Assembly: GCA_963809665.1 (NCBI GenBank)
Contig: CAWEKC010000004.1
Coordinates: forward strand, 1-35,171
Reading direction: 5' to 3'
Source of the DNA: Candidatus Gottesmanbacteria bacterium
GTDB lineage: Bacteria > Patescibacteriota > Microgenomatia > UBA10105 > UBA927
DNA length: 35,171 nt
How positions within the stretch are numbered: the first letter of the stretch is position 1; every line of letters starts with the position of its first letter. The position numbers and the translations under genes were made by a program. Positions 18,008 to 27,866 of the stretch are shown here, piece by piece. The notes under the pieces were generated by a model that was not told the origin of the DNA, searched no databases, and saw nothing but the letters and a program-made list of their open reading frames with translations.

Positions 18008-18580
18008 TTACCCGTTGGGGATATTATATGCCGGCCGGATAACGGTACCCATCTGTGAAAACGGAAAGTAACGGAATACCGCGACGCCTATAAAATCTTC
18101 TTTTGCAATCGGCCCGAATTCCCTTGAATCGGAGCTATGTTCCCGGTTGTCACCTGCGACGAAATATGTTCCGGGCGGGACGACGATAGATTGGCCTTCG
18201 TGAAGGTATGAACCTCCGAAAATCACCGTTCCAGCAGCAAGATACGGCTCGCTCACTTTCTCGCCGTTGACCCAGAAGGAATTATCACGCAGGGTCACGG
18301 TGTCGCCCGGCTGGCCGATCACCCGTTTGATATAATCAATTTCCTTGTTTGCCGGGGATTTGAATATGACGACATCCCCGCGGATTGGATTACGGAATTT
18401 ATACAGAATTTTATTCGTCAGAATAAATTCGCCGTTGTGGAAGTTCGGTTCCATGGAAGCGCCGTTAATTTCCTGCGGTGACATGATGAAGAGGTATACC
18501 ATCACCAGAATGGCCAATACAACAACAATGCCCTGCAAAAAATCAAAAACAGCGCCAATGGCACGTTTAATTCCACCCAT
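18008..18580 (-). CDS. lepB: Signal peptidase I
   Basis: GASMEPN (catalytic Ser), YIKRVIG (catalytic Lys), GDNREHSSDSREFG. Confidence 0.95.
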   Translation of the reverse strand: MGGIKRAIGAVFDFLQGIVVVLAILVMVYLFIMSPQEINGASMEPNFHNGEFILTNKILYKFRNPIRGDVVIFKSPANKEIDYIKRVIGQPGDTVTLRDNSFWVNGEKVSEPYLAAGTVIFGGSYLHEGQSIVVPPGTYFVAGDNREHSSDSREFGPIAKEDFIGVAVFRYFPFSQMGTVIRPAYNIPNG

Positions 18581-18628
18581 AAATCAAGTCTACGTGATAT
18601 AATAATGAGCGTCAAGGAAGGAAATATA

Positions 18629-18701
18629 GGGCGGTTAGCTCAGCTGGTAGAGCGTTTCATTGACATTGAAAAGGTCATAGGTTCAAGTCCTATACCGCCC
18701 A
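18629..18701 (+). tRNA. tRNA-Val(GAC), CCA not encoded
   Basis: Cloverleaf GGGCGGT/ACCGCCC; anticodon arm TTTCA-TTGACAT-TGAAA; T loop TTCAAGT; TGATATAAT upstream at 18595-18603. Confidence 0.95.
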
Positions 18702-18719
18702 CTGAAAATTGATTTTAGC

Positions 18720-18748
18720 TTGACAAGTCTCCGCATACTCTCTAGTAT
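18720..18748 (+). promoter_or_regulatory. Sigma70 promoter TTGACA-N17-TAGTAT
   Basis: Hexamers at 18720-18725 and 18743-18748, 10 nt before ATG 18759. Confidence 0.6.
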
Positions 18749-18758
18749 CCGCAGTAAT

Positions 18759-19307
18759 ATGACCGTGTCAATGCAGGAAGCGGATATTATAGGGCGTCAC
18801 CATCGTTGGGAAAATCGGTACACTCCGGATGTCCCGATTCGCGAAACGGTAAAATTATTTGATATAATTCCGGACCAGGGACTATGGCAGTTGCCCGAGC
18901 CGTGGCACATTTTAGAGAAAGAAGATCCTGAAGGATTTCGCGTAAAATGGGATGTAATGTTGAGCATGTGGATCCAATATTTAGATAACGCTTCAAAAGG
19001 TTTGCAAATCTTTAACAAAGCGGTTAAGGAAGGCGATATATCCGTTGAGGTAGAGGTAATAGACGCGGCAAACTATTTTTATAACGCAGGGTTTGAGACA
19101 AAAGGATATGAGGAAAAGACGGCAAAAGTCCTTTCGGTCCGGAGGGCATTTGCGGCGTTGATGAGTAAAGAACAGCAGAAAAGAATGGCCATGAAAGATG
19201 ATGAAATACTTGTAAGCGACGATGATGTACGTAACGCCAGAACGTTAGTCCGCAACTTCGAATTCAAGATCTATTTTCATCGAAGTCTGATAGACGACGA
19301 AGATTAA
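18759..19307 (+). CDS. Hypothetical protein
   Basis: Long ORF; start placed at the ATG after the predicted promoter. Confidence 0.65.
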   Translation: MTVSMQEADIIGRHHRWENRYTPDVPIRETVKLFDIIPDQGLWQLPEPWHILEKEDPEGFRVKWDVMLSMWIQYLDNASKGLQIFNKAVKEGDISVEVEVIDAANYFYNAGFETKGYEEKTAKVLSVRRAFAALMSKEQQKRMAMKDDEILVSDDDVRNARTLVRNFEFKIYFHRSLIDDED

Positions 19308-19394
19308 TCGAGTAAATCCTCCTTCGCCTCGCGGGGCATAGACTTCGCATTATAGCCTCAAAAATGGTATAACTATCAAACAGCGATAATAAAT

Positions 19395-20651
19395 ATGAAT
19401 AACGTTAATGTGCTTAAACAAATATTCATTAACACCTCAAGCCAGATTGTCGCAAAAACGGCGACGGTCGTACTAGGTTTTTTTACGATCGGGTTATTGA
19501 CTAGATATTTAGGTGTTGCACAGTACGGAATATATAATCTCGTATTTGCATATCTTGCATCATTTGGAATATTTTCGGATTTTGGACTTCAGCTGTCATT
19601 GGTTAAATATTTTTCAGGTGGGAAAACGACGGATGAATTTAAGTCAGCCTACTTCGCTTTGAAACTAATTCTCACAATATTATCGATATTCTTGGCCATT
19701 ATTCTTTTGGCGCTGTTTCCATACTCGCCGACGATAAAGATGGCAATTATCGTCGGTTCTCTTGCAGTGGGTGTAGGTTATATGAATGGGTATGGGGCAG
19801 CGGTACTTCAATCAAAGATGAAGTTGGATACTGCAGCACTTTTAGAGGTTATTAACAGGATCGTCACAGTTGTGGCAATTGTTGCTTTCGTCTGGTTTAA
19901 GTGGAATATTTATGCCATTATAAGCAGCATCCTTATAGGGAACATCATAACGCTCGCTATAAATATCTATATCACTCCGGAATATTTTAGGCTGAAGCAT
20001 TTGCCTCCGCTTATATTGCCTATCACTATTATTAAATCGTCTTTTCTCATAGGTATTACTTCTCTTCTCGCCATGTTATATTTTAAAATTGACACGATGA
20101 TGTTATCGGTAATGAAAACCACTACTGACGTGGGAATCTACAGTCTATCATATAAGCTATTTGAAAATATTATAATGCTCTGGGCGTTCTATATGGCTAG
20201 CATATATCCTTTGATGTCGGGATATATTCATAAAAGCGATCAAAAGAATTTAAAGCTACTACTTAAAACATCGGCTATTGTTCTTGTAGTATTTTCACTG
20301 GTAACACTAGCTGTTGGGTATATTGCCGCGCCGCTCGCAATTAACATACTTGGAGGAAAGGGTTTTACTGAAAGTATTTTGCCCTTCAGAATTCTACTTT
20401 TTGCAATACCTCTCGTGTTTTTGAATAACATTTTCTACTTTTTACTACTCTCTTTCTCGCGGGTAAAATGGATACTTTGGGTTTTACTGATTTCGCTTGG
20501 TTTTAACTTTATCGTAAATTTATACGCGATTCCCCGGTTCAACTACATAGGCACCAGCGTCTCTACCGTTATTACAGAAGCTTTAACAGCCATAGGTTAT
20601 ATTTTTGTTCTACGGAAATTAACGAAGTCTAATCCTGCCAAAGCCTTCTGA
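19395..20651 (+). CDS. Wzx-type polysaccharide flippase (MOP superfamily)
   Basis: ~12 TM; TRYLGVAQYG, SDFGL, KIDTMMLS..VGIYSLSYK. Confidence 0.9.
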   Translation: MNNVNVLKQIFINTSSQIVAKTATVVLGFFTIGLLTRYLGVAQYGIYNLVFAYLASFGIFSDFGLQLSLVKYFSGGKTTDEFKSAYFALKLILTILSIFLAIILLALFPYSPTIKMAIIVGSLAVGVGYMNGYGAAVLQSKMKLDTAALLEVINRIVTVVAIVAFVWFKWNIYAIISSILIGNIITLAINIYITPEYFRLKHLPPLILPITIIKSSFLIGITSLLAMLYFKIDTMMLSVMKTTTDVGIYSLSYKLFENIIMLWAFYMASIYPLMSGYIHKSDQKNLKLLLKTSAIVLVVFSLVTLAVGYIAAPLAINILGGKGFTESILPFRILLFAIPLVFLNNIFYFLLLSFSRVKWILWVLLISLGFNFIVNLYAIPRFNYIGTSVSTVITEALTAIGYIFVLRKLTKSNPAKAF

Positions 20652-20657
20652 GTTTAT

Positions 20658-21323
20658 ATGTTCAATCCGAATGTTAGTGTGTTTTCACCTGATAAGATAA
20701 TCAAAGACCTTCAGTGGGATTCGCTATTAAAATCTTCTAGGTTTGCCCACGGAAAGCTATTAGACGTTGGGTGCGGTAAAATGCCTTATAAGTCAATATT
20801 CTTGCCAAAAGTTCGTAAATATATCGGAATAGACAAAAATAGCGACGAAGCAGATATTCGAGCTGATTTTCTTAAAACTACAATTCCCTTTAAATCATTC
20901 GATACGATTCTGTGCACACAAGTTCTAGAGCATGCCCCCGATCCACAAAAGTTATTAGCAAAAATGAATAAAATATTAAAAAGGGGTGGTGTTCTCATTT
21001 TAACTGCTCCATTTACTGGATATATGCATGAGGTTCCTAACGATTATTACCGCTATACCAAGTATGGACTTCAGTATATGCTCAAGGAAACAAATTTTAA
21101 GGTAGTCTATATTAGGGCTGAAGGGAACTGGCTTGCTTCAATAGGACAAGAGATTATTTCCTATCTTGAACCTACGTATAATCGATTTTTACTTAAGTAT
21201 CCAAAACGACTACTACAATTAATAGTTCTACTCTTGATAAGAGTGGTTTCGCACTTACCCGAACGATTTACTAAATCCCAATATAGCGTTATTAACTATC
21301 TTGTTGTCGCCAAAAAGAAGTAA
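20658..21323 (+). CDS. Class I SAM-dependent methyltransferase (glycan locus)
   Basis: LLDVGCG.MPY, FDTILCTQVLEH, HEVPNDYYRYT. Confidence 0.9.
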   Translation: MFNPNVSVFSPDKIIKDLQWDSLLKSSRFAHGKLLDVGCGKMPYKSIFLPKVRKYIGIDKNSDEADIRADFLKTTIPFKSFDTILCTQVLEHAPDPQKLLAKMNKILKRGGVLILTAPFTGYMHEVPNDYYRYTKYGLQYMLKETNFKVVYIRAEGNWLASIGQEIISYLEPTYNRFLLKYPKRLLQLIVLLLIRVVSHLPERFTKSQYSVINYLVVAKKK

Positions 21324-21327
21324 TGCT

Positions 21328-22479
21328 ATGAAGATACTGTTTATAAGAAACGCGGATAGATTTAGTGGTTCAGAAACATATGATATTAACTTATTCTCAG
21401 AGTTTATTAAATATTCCTCACTTAACATCTATTTCTTAACAAATTTAAGAAGTTTTGCTAAACGTGCGACCGGACTCGGAGTGAAAACTAAGGTTATTGT
21501 ATGGGGTGCTGAGGGAATCGGAACAAAAAAGCAATTATTAATAGCTCTAATAAAGCTACCAATTATTCTAGATCGATATATTTCGATTATTCACAAACTT
21601 GAGAAGAATGGGCGTTTTGATTGTATCTGTCTCCAATCGATGACAGAAAAGATTTTTCTAACTCCCTTACTAAAGATACTAGGTTATAAAATAATTTGGA
21701 CTGAACTTGGACCAATTTATGCAACTCAGATGTCACAATTGATCACATTCCTCTATAAATTAACAAGTCTTGTCGTGGATAAAATTCTGACGATTTCTCT
21801 AGATACTAAACGAGATCTAATTCGTGGAGGTATTTCCGCAAAAAAGATTGCAGCATTGTACATTGGTATAAATACTGAAGTATTTAAGCCCTTTAGTAAG
21901 ATGCAAACACAAAAATTAAAGACGCGATTCCATATTCAGCCAGCAAGCGTTGTTATTGGTTTTTTAGGAACCGTTACGAGTGAAAAAGGTATAGAAGATT
22001 TTGTCAATATTTCGAGTAAACTGCTTAAGAATAATTTGAATTATCACTTCCTCGTAATCGGGGACGGACCATTTCTTCCGTGGGTAAAAAAAACTATCCG
22101 AGAATTAGATATAACACAGAACTATATTTGCTCTGGTTTTATTGAGGACGTGCGCAGTTTTCTAGGAATTATAGACATTCTATTTTTGCCCACGCGACAT
22201 TACGAAGGGCTTCCGTTGGCAATATTGGAGGCTCAAGCGATGGGCAAAATTGTCATAACAAGTAGTATGGGTGGTAATCCGGAAATAATTACTAATGGTG
22301 TTAATGGTTTCGTGTATAAAAAATTAATTAATACGGCCATAGTTAAACGTATAAACAGCTTACGTCTTCATAGATCTAGAATGGTTGATTTGAAGAGGCG
22401 GGCGCGAGAGAATATAATAAACAGGTTCAACATACAAGTCCAAGCCAATAAGTTTGTTACAGTTCTTCAAAACCTATGA
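21328..22479 (+). CDS. GT4 family glycosyltransferase
   Basis: MKILF start; EKG; EGLPLAILEA (Ex7E). Confidence 0.9.
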   Translation: MKILFIRNADRFSGSETYDINLFSEFIKYSSLNIYFLTNLRSFAKRATGLGVKTKVIVWGAEGIGTKKQLLIALIKLPIILDRYISIIHKLEKNGRFDCICLQSMTEKIFLTPLLKILGYKIIWTELGPIYATQMSQLITFLYKLTSLVVDKILTISLDTKRDLIRGGISAKKIAALYIGINTEVFKPFSKMQTQKLKTRFHIQPASVVIGFLGTVTSEKGIEDFVNISSKLLKNNLNYHFLVIGDGPFLPWVKKTIRELDITQNYICSGFIEDVRSFLGIIDILFLPTRHYEGLPLAILEAQAMGKIVITSSMGGNPEIITNGVNGFVYKKLINTAIVKRINSLRLHRSRMVDLKRRARENIINRFNIQVQANKFVTVLQNL

Positions 22480-23558
22480 TAATCGGTGTGGATGCGGGCG
22501 CATTGTCGGTGCGAGATGAACGGCTGAAAGTGGGAGTGTACCGGGTTACGTTAAACCTGCTTAAAGAACTGGCAAAAATCGACAAAACAAATCTATACCG
22601 CCTGTATACCTTTTTACCCATAGACCCTGACATGATGAAAGAGTTCGGCCCCCGGATGAAGAACATAATCGTCCGGCCGGTAATCGGGTGGTCGATGATC
22701 CAGATACCTATTGAGTTACGTCGTCACCGTATAGACGTATTTTTGGGTCTGTCGCAGATGATACCGTTTTCCCCTGCACGTAATATCGGTTTTGTCTATG
22801 ATCTTGGTTTTTTACGATATCCGCGTGCATATCCCGGTTCGCTCGCGCGTCTTGAGATGCAGACAAGGCAGCTGGTAAAGCGGTCCAGCCACATTGTTAC
22901 TATTTCCAAATCGACACAGACGGACATCAGTAAAACCTACAGGATAGATAAAAACCGTATGACGGTCGATTACCCCGGTATTGACCAGCGGTTCAGCTTA
23001 CGCGGCCCTAAACACAAGGAAAAACACCCGTATATTTTATATGTCGGAGCGCTCAAACGCGGAAAAAACATCCCATTTGCCATCCGCGCATTTAAAAAAT
23101 TTTTGGACAAGAGTACAAAACCGTATGATTTTTTGCTTGTCGGCGGTGATTATTGGGCAGACAGGACGATTCCACGGATGATAGAGGAACTGGGTTTATG
23201 GGACCGGGTGAAGCTGGCCGGATTCGTAGCAGACGGTACGTTACCTTCCTACTACCGCGGGGCAAGTGCACTATTCCTCACATCTCTCTGGGAAGGATTT
23301 TGTTTACCCGCCACGGAAGCCATGAAAAGCGGGTGTCCTATTGTCTATGCCAAGACAGGCGCTTTGCCTGAGATTGTTGATAGTGCCGGATTGGGATTTA
23401 CCGAAGGGAATGAAAACGAGGCAGCCGACACGCTCGGAAAGATAACCGGTTCCGTAGTACTACGGAATAAATTGATGAGAACCGGCATAGAGCGAAGCAG
23501 ACGGTTTGTATGGCGGTCATTCGCACAAGATGTTTACCGGATCATAACGCAGTCATGA
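22476..23558 (+). CDS. GT4 family glycosyltransferase (mannosyltransferase-like)
   Basis: YDL.F, YVGALKRGKN, EGFCLPATEAM. Confidence 0.9.
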   Translation: MIIGVDAGALSVRDERLKVGVYRVTLNLLKELAKIDKTNLYRLYTFLPIDPDMMKEFGPRMKNIIVRPVIGWSMIQIPIELRRHRIDVFLGLSQMIPFSPARNIGFVYDLGFLRYPRAYPGSLARLEMQTRQLVKRSSHIVTISKSTQTDISKTYRIDKNRMTVDYPGIDQRFSLRGPKHKEKHPYILYVGALKRGKNIPFAIRAFKKFLDKSTKPYDFLLVGGDYWADRTIPRMIEELGLWDRVKLAGFVADGTLPSYYRGASALFLTSLWEGFCLPATEAMKSGCPIVYAKTGALPEIVDSAGLGFTEGNENEAADTLGKITGSVVLRNKLMRTGIERSRRFVWRSFAQDVYRIITQS

Positions 23559-24688
23559 AAGTAGCCATCGTCCGCGGGAAGTTTTTAAACAAATATGAGA
23601 TGCAGTTTTTCGAGCCCCTTGCGGATCGCTTTAATATCACCGCGTTCGGATCGCTGACGAGTTTTCATGACCAATTCCGGTTTCCCGTCGTTAAACTTCC
23701 TTCGCCCATGGATATTCCCGATTTTCCGTACAAAATGCCGGTATTGAACCGCCTGTTCACCGATGCGCATTACCTCTTTGGTCTGGAAGGAAAACTACAA
23801 GAGTTTGACCTCGTACATACGGCGGAGACCTATTACCATTACACGCAGCAGTGTCTGAATGCAAAAAAAAGAGGATATGTCAAAAAAGTTATCGCCACAA
23901 TTTTGGAGAATATCCCGTTTAATAACGAAGGCATTCCCGGAAGACGAGCATTTAAAGCAAGAGCGCGGCGGGAACTTGATCACATCATCGCGCTCACCAA
24001 CAAAACAAAAAACGCATTACTTCTGGAAGGAGCGGACCCCAAGAAGATTACGGTCATCGGCTTTTTTATTGATTCTAAAAAGTTCTATCCCGTGAAAGAG
24101 GCACTTACACGGCGGAATCAAGCGCACAATAAGCTTACAATTTTATTTACCGGAAGGCTTGAGTCGTATAAAGGAGTTTTTGATATTGTTAATGCGGCAA
24201 ATAAACTTATCCGCGATCCGGCATTGAAACGGTATTTACTTACGTTCGTTTTTGTGGGAAACGGCAGTCAAATAGACAATTTACGTACACTGCAGCGGCA
24301 ATACGGCATTACCAGGCATTTTATATACACGAGCGCTCCGTATGAACGCATGAATGCCCTGTACAATACCGCGGATATTTTTATCGCACCAAGCAAGCCC
24401 ACAACTACATGGGAGGAGCAGTACTGCATGGCTATTTTGGAAGCGCAGGCATGCGGCCTTCCTATTGTCACCACCAGAAGCGGCGGCATACCGGAAAATA
24501 TCGGTAATGCAGGCATCCTTGTTGAACCCGGCGACGTACCGGCGATTGCACAAGCGCTGCAAAGCTATATCCTGAGCCCTAAGAAACGTCAGTACTACGG
24601 TGCGAAAGCCCGGCGGAGGGCAATACACGTGCACGACGCGGGGATAGGTGCGAAAAAACTTGCAGCGCTGTACAGCTCATTGTTTTAA
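23555..24688 (+). CDS. GT4 family glycosyltransferase
   Basis: ATGA overlap start MKVAIV; TGRL..YKG; EQYCMAILEAQACGLP. Confidence 0.9.
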   Translation: MKVAIVRGKFLNKYEMQFFEPLADRFNITAFGSLTSFHDQFRFPVVKLPSPMDIPDFPYKMPVLNRLFTDAHYLFGLEGKLQEFDLVHTAETYYHYTQQCLNAKKRGYVKKVIATILENIPFNNEGIPGRRAFKARARRELDHIIALTNKTKNALLLEGADPKKITVIGFFIDSKKFYPVKEALTRRNQAHNKLTILFTGRLESYKGVFDIVNAANKLIRDPALKRYLLTFVFVGNGSQIDNLRTLQRQYGITRHFIYTSAPYERMNALYNTADIFIAPSKPTTTWEEQYCMAILEAQACGLPIVTTRSGGIPENIGNAGILVEPGDVPAIAQALQSYILSPKKRQYYGAKARRRAIHVHDAGIGAKKLAALYSSLF

Positions 24689-25698
24689 TGGGACAAAAGA
24701 AGAAACGAAATAATCAGAGTAACATTAATGATCGTCAGGGGAATAATGAAAATCATAAGATAATACGCCTTCGTCCATTTGTAACGGGCGAGCCAGGAAA
24801 ACATTCCCGCGATGCCAAAGGCGAGAATCGGCAGAGAACTCACGAACATCCTTCCGCTGTAGGAGGCACCCTGCCACCATGTACTCCATGAGGCTACGAA
24901 AAAAAGCTCAAGAAGAAAAACGGAAAGCATCAATAAACGTTTTTTAGTAAAAAGGCCTGCAACACCGATCATTGTTATTGGTGTCCATAAGAAAAGACCG
25001 TCTTGTAGGTTAAAAAGCACGCCCAGTATATGTGGCCGTAGGAAATTGAATCCCTCTGTACCGTTGAGGTAGGGGCTGACAAACCATTTACCGGTCGCAA
25101 GGCGCCAGGCAATGATTTGCGGAAAAAAACCAAAGAGCACTCCGGATAGAATATAGAATATATTTTTTTTCGTCACATATGGAATCAAGAGCAGTGCAAA
25201 AAGTAAATCTTGCGTGCGCATAAGCCCGAGAAATCCAAGAGACAAACCCACGGCAAACCACTGACGTCGTTTAAGAAGCAGTATAAGAAACACGGTTGAT
25301 GCAAAAAAAGTAAGTGCGTGGGAGTTGACTACATCTATTGATCCGTAAAACAGCAGATTACTTGCCCCGGCGATTGCAGCTACCGTCATAATACTTACGG
25401 TTTTGCTGAAATATTTTAGCAATAGATTCCATAAGAGGAGAAGCGAAAAAATGATTGCAAGTACGCTTGTGGCGCCTACAATTATTTGATTGTGTGTCAG
25501 AAGATATGCGGGAGCCCAAAAAAGTGCCGGACCGACCGAAAATTTACTAGGTTGCAAGCTAAGCCATGAATAATAATAGACGCCATCTCCGTACACGGTC
25601 CGGTGAAGATACAGGGCGTGTGCGAAAAATCCTGCGATGTATACGGCACATATGCAAAGGAAAATTGTCACCGGCGATATTCGGGCTGAAAGCTTCAT
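24685..25698 (-). CDS. Multi-pass membrane protein, probable GT-C-fold glycosyltransferase
   Basis: GDGVYYYSWL after TM1; GLFLWTP; WWQGASYSGR. Confidence 0.6.
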   Translation of the reverse strand: MKLSARISPVTIFLCICAVYIAGFFAHALYLHRTVYGDGVYYYSWLSLQPSKFSVGPALFWAPAYLLTHNQIIVGATSVLAIIFSLLLLWNLLLKYFSKTVSIMTVAAIAGASNLLFYGSIDVVNSHALTFFASTVFLILLLKRRQWFAVGLSLGFLGLMRTQDLLFALLLIPYVTKKNIFYILSGVLFGFFPQIIAWRLATGKWFVSPYLNGTEGFNFLRPHILGVLFNLQDGLFLWTPITMIGVAGLFTKKRLLMLSVFLLELFFVASWSTWWQGASYSGRMFVSSLPILAFGIAGMFSWLARYKWTKAYYLMIFIIPLTIINVTLIISFLLLSH

Positions 25699-25719
25699 TA
25701 CCGGCAATGATATAATGGA

Positions 25720-26469
25720 ATGGTGGTCAGTGCAATTATATTATCTCATGACAATCAGAATTCGATAGCGCGTACCCTCGCGAGTGTATCATGGTGTGAT
25801 GAAGTTATCGTCATTGACGATTATTCCGCGGATAATACGATCGAAATCGCAAAAAAATATAAAGCAAAAGTCCATCAACGGCATTTAAATGATGACTTCG
25901 CGGCCCAAAGAAACTTCGGTTTAGAGAAGGCAGCCGGGGAGTGGGTGTTATTTGTTGATTCTGATGAAGTTGTATCGGCCGGGTTGGCAAAAGAAATACA
26001 GGAAGCGGAGGAAATTGATTGCGCAGGATTTTATATCAAACGCCGGGACTGGCTCTTCGGAAAACAACTTCGGCACGGGGAGACCCAGAGAGTACGACTC
26101 ATGCGGCTGGCCAAAAGAAATGCGGGAAAATGGGAGAGGACGGTCCATGAAGTGTGGAATGTCAGCGGCACGACCGGCGAGTTATCCAACCCGCTTGATC
26201 ATTTCCCCCACCCAGACGTCGCACAATTTATAAACGAAATTAATCATTATTCAACACTCAATGCAGCGTATCTGTTTTCGAAACACATACGCGTGTCCTG
26301 GTGGCACATTATCCTGTACCCCAAAGCCAAATTTTTCATGGATTATATCTGGTACCTTGGATTTTTAGACGGAACGGCAGGGGCAGTTGTGGCATTGATG
26401 ATGAGTTTCCATTCTTTTTTGACACGCGCTAAACTCTGGCTTTTATGGCACAAACACGGAAAAATTTAG
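25720..26469 (+). CDS. GT2 family glycosyltransferase (WaaE/KdtX-like)
   Basis: IDDYSADNT, FAAQRN, WVLFVDSDE, VHE, GFLDG. Confidence 0.9.
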   Translation: MVVSAIILSHDNQNSIARTLASVSWCDEVIVIDDYSADNTIEIAKKYKAKVHQRHLNDDFAAQRNFGLEKAAGEWVLFVDSDEVVSAGLAKEIQEAEEIDCAGFYIKRRDWLFGKQLRHGETQRVRLMRLAKRNAGKWERTVHEVWNVSGTTGELSNPLDHFPHPDVAQFINEINHYSTLNAAYLFSKHIRVSWWHIILYPKAKFFMDYIWYLGFLDGTAGAVVALMMSFHSFLTRAKLWLLWHKHGKI

Positions 26470-27866
26470 TCATACTCTCCGTTTTCTATCTTCTGAGCCG
26501 CATCGTTTTTTTAACGAGATTCCCGATTTTTAACGATGAGGCTATCTACCTTCGTGAGGCTTGGGTAGTTACGCATGTTCCGGGCCAGTTATGGTATTCA
26601 CTCGCCGATTCAGGAAAACAACCGCTTCTTATTTGGCTCTACGGACTGGCCTGGCAACTCATCGGCAACCCGCTTTTGGCGGGACGCCTTATCTCCGTAG
26701 GAATCGGCGTAACGACAGTATGGGCTGTGTACCTTTTGGGAGGATGGACAGCAGCAATACTTGTACTTGCCGCACCGTTATTTGTATTTTTTGACCGGCT
26801 CGCACTTGTGGACAGCGCACTTGCGGCAGTATTTGCCTGGCTTTTGGTAGTGTTAGTGAGACTTCAGAAACAAAATGCGCTGCGTACTGCGATTTTTGCG
26901 GGATTATTGGTGGGGATAAGCTTTTGGATTAAGTCAACGGGATTCCTGCTGGCTCTCGTGGCAGTATTTGAATTTGCATACGTTTGGTATACGCAAAAAA
27001 AAGCTTTTCCAATTGCATTAGTTCTCCTTATCTTTGTCGCTGTGGCCGGTATTGTCGGACTTCCGATGTTTATACGACCGGAAGCCGTGCATATTTTCGG
27101 AACGGCTAACCTGTATACGTATTCACTGACTGAGCTTCTCGGAATACATTTCGGAAACGCCGGACCTAACGTATGGCACGCATTTCTTGATTACGCGGCA
27201 TATGTTTCCCCTCTCGTCGTTATAGCGTTTCTCATATCGCTGGGATCGTTACGGACGCAGAAGAAACGGATACTCATAACCGCGATGCTCCTGTCGTTTG
27301 CCGTCATTGTTATATTCGGGAAAAACATCCATGGCAGGTACGTTCTTTTTACCACCGTTCCGATGCTGGTTCTATCGTCTTTCGTGCTCTCTGCACATAA
27401 AGTTATTTTCGCTTTTACCGTCAGTAGCATGATACTATTATCTTCTATTCTCATTATTGATCCTCCGGCTTTTTTTCACCTGTTCACGGTGCCGGAACTC
27501 CGCTCTGAATCATATCAATATATAGACGGATGGCCCTCCGGATACGGCGTTAAGGAAGCTATGGCTGCCATTGATACCGACCGCCGGGGGGAACATGCCA
27601 TTGTCGCAATCCGTTGGGATTCGGGAAATCCGGAAGACGGCATGTTTGTCTATGCAACGGAAGAAACAGGAGTTACACTGCTGCATATGGATCCCAGGAT
27701 TCCGGATGAAACACGTATGGTTCTTGATTCAGCAGCGGGCGGACGCGTATATTTCGTTACCCGTCAGGGACAATATAACGGATTTGAGCGGTATCTTGTA
27801 CCGATGGCGCAATTTATAAAACCGGGAGGTATGGAAAAAGTGGAATTGCTGCGCGTACGCATATGA
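26445..27866 (+). CDS. ArnT/PMT-like (GT-C) membrane glycosyltransferase
   Basis: PIFNDEAIY, GKQPL, FDRLALVD, multi-TM. Confidence 0.8.
   Translation: MAQTRKNLVILSVFYLLSRIVFLTRFPIFNDEAIYLREAWVVTHVPGQLWYSLADSGKQPLLIWLYGLAWQLIGNPLLAGRLISVGIGVTTVWAVYLLGGWTAAILVLAAPLFVFFDRLALVDSALAAVFAWLLVVLVRLQKQNALRTAIFAGLLVGISFWIKSTGFLLALVAVFEFAYVWYTQKKAFPIALVLLIFVAVAGIVGLPMFIRPEAVHIFGTANLYTYSLTELLGIHFGNAGPNVWHAFLDYAAYVSPLVVIAFLISLGSLRTQKKRILITAMLLSFAVIVIFGKNIHGRYVLFTTVPMLVLSSFVLSAHKVIFAFTVSSMILLSSILIIDPPAFFHLFTVPELRSESYQYIDGWPSGYGVKEAMAAIDTDRRGEHAIVAIRWDSGNPEDGMFVYATEETGVTLLHMDPRIPDETRMVLDSAAGGRVYFVTRQGQYNGFERYLVPMAQFIKPGGMEKVELLRVRI

Noticed and set aside
22593-22602. CTATACCGCC matching the tRNA-Val 3' end (possible attR)
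   Set aside because: Only 10 bp, inside an intact GT4 gene, and no integrase is present; compatible with chance
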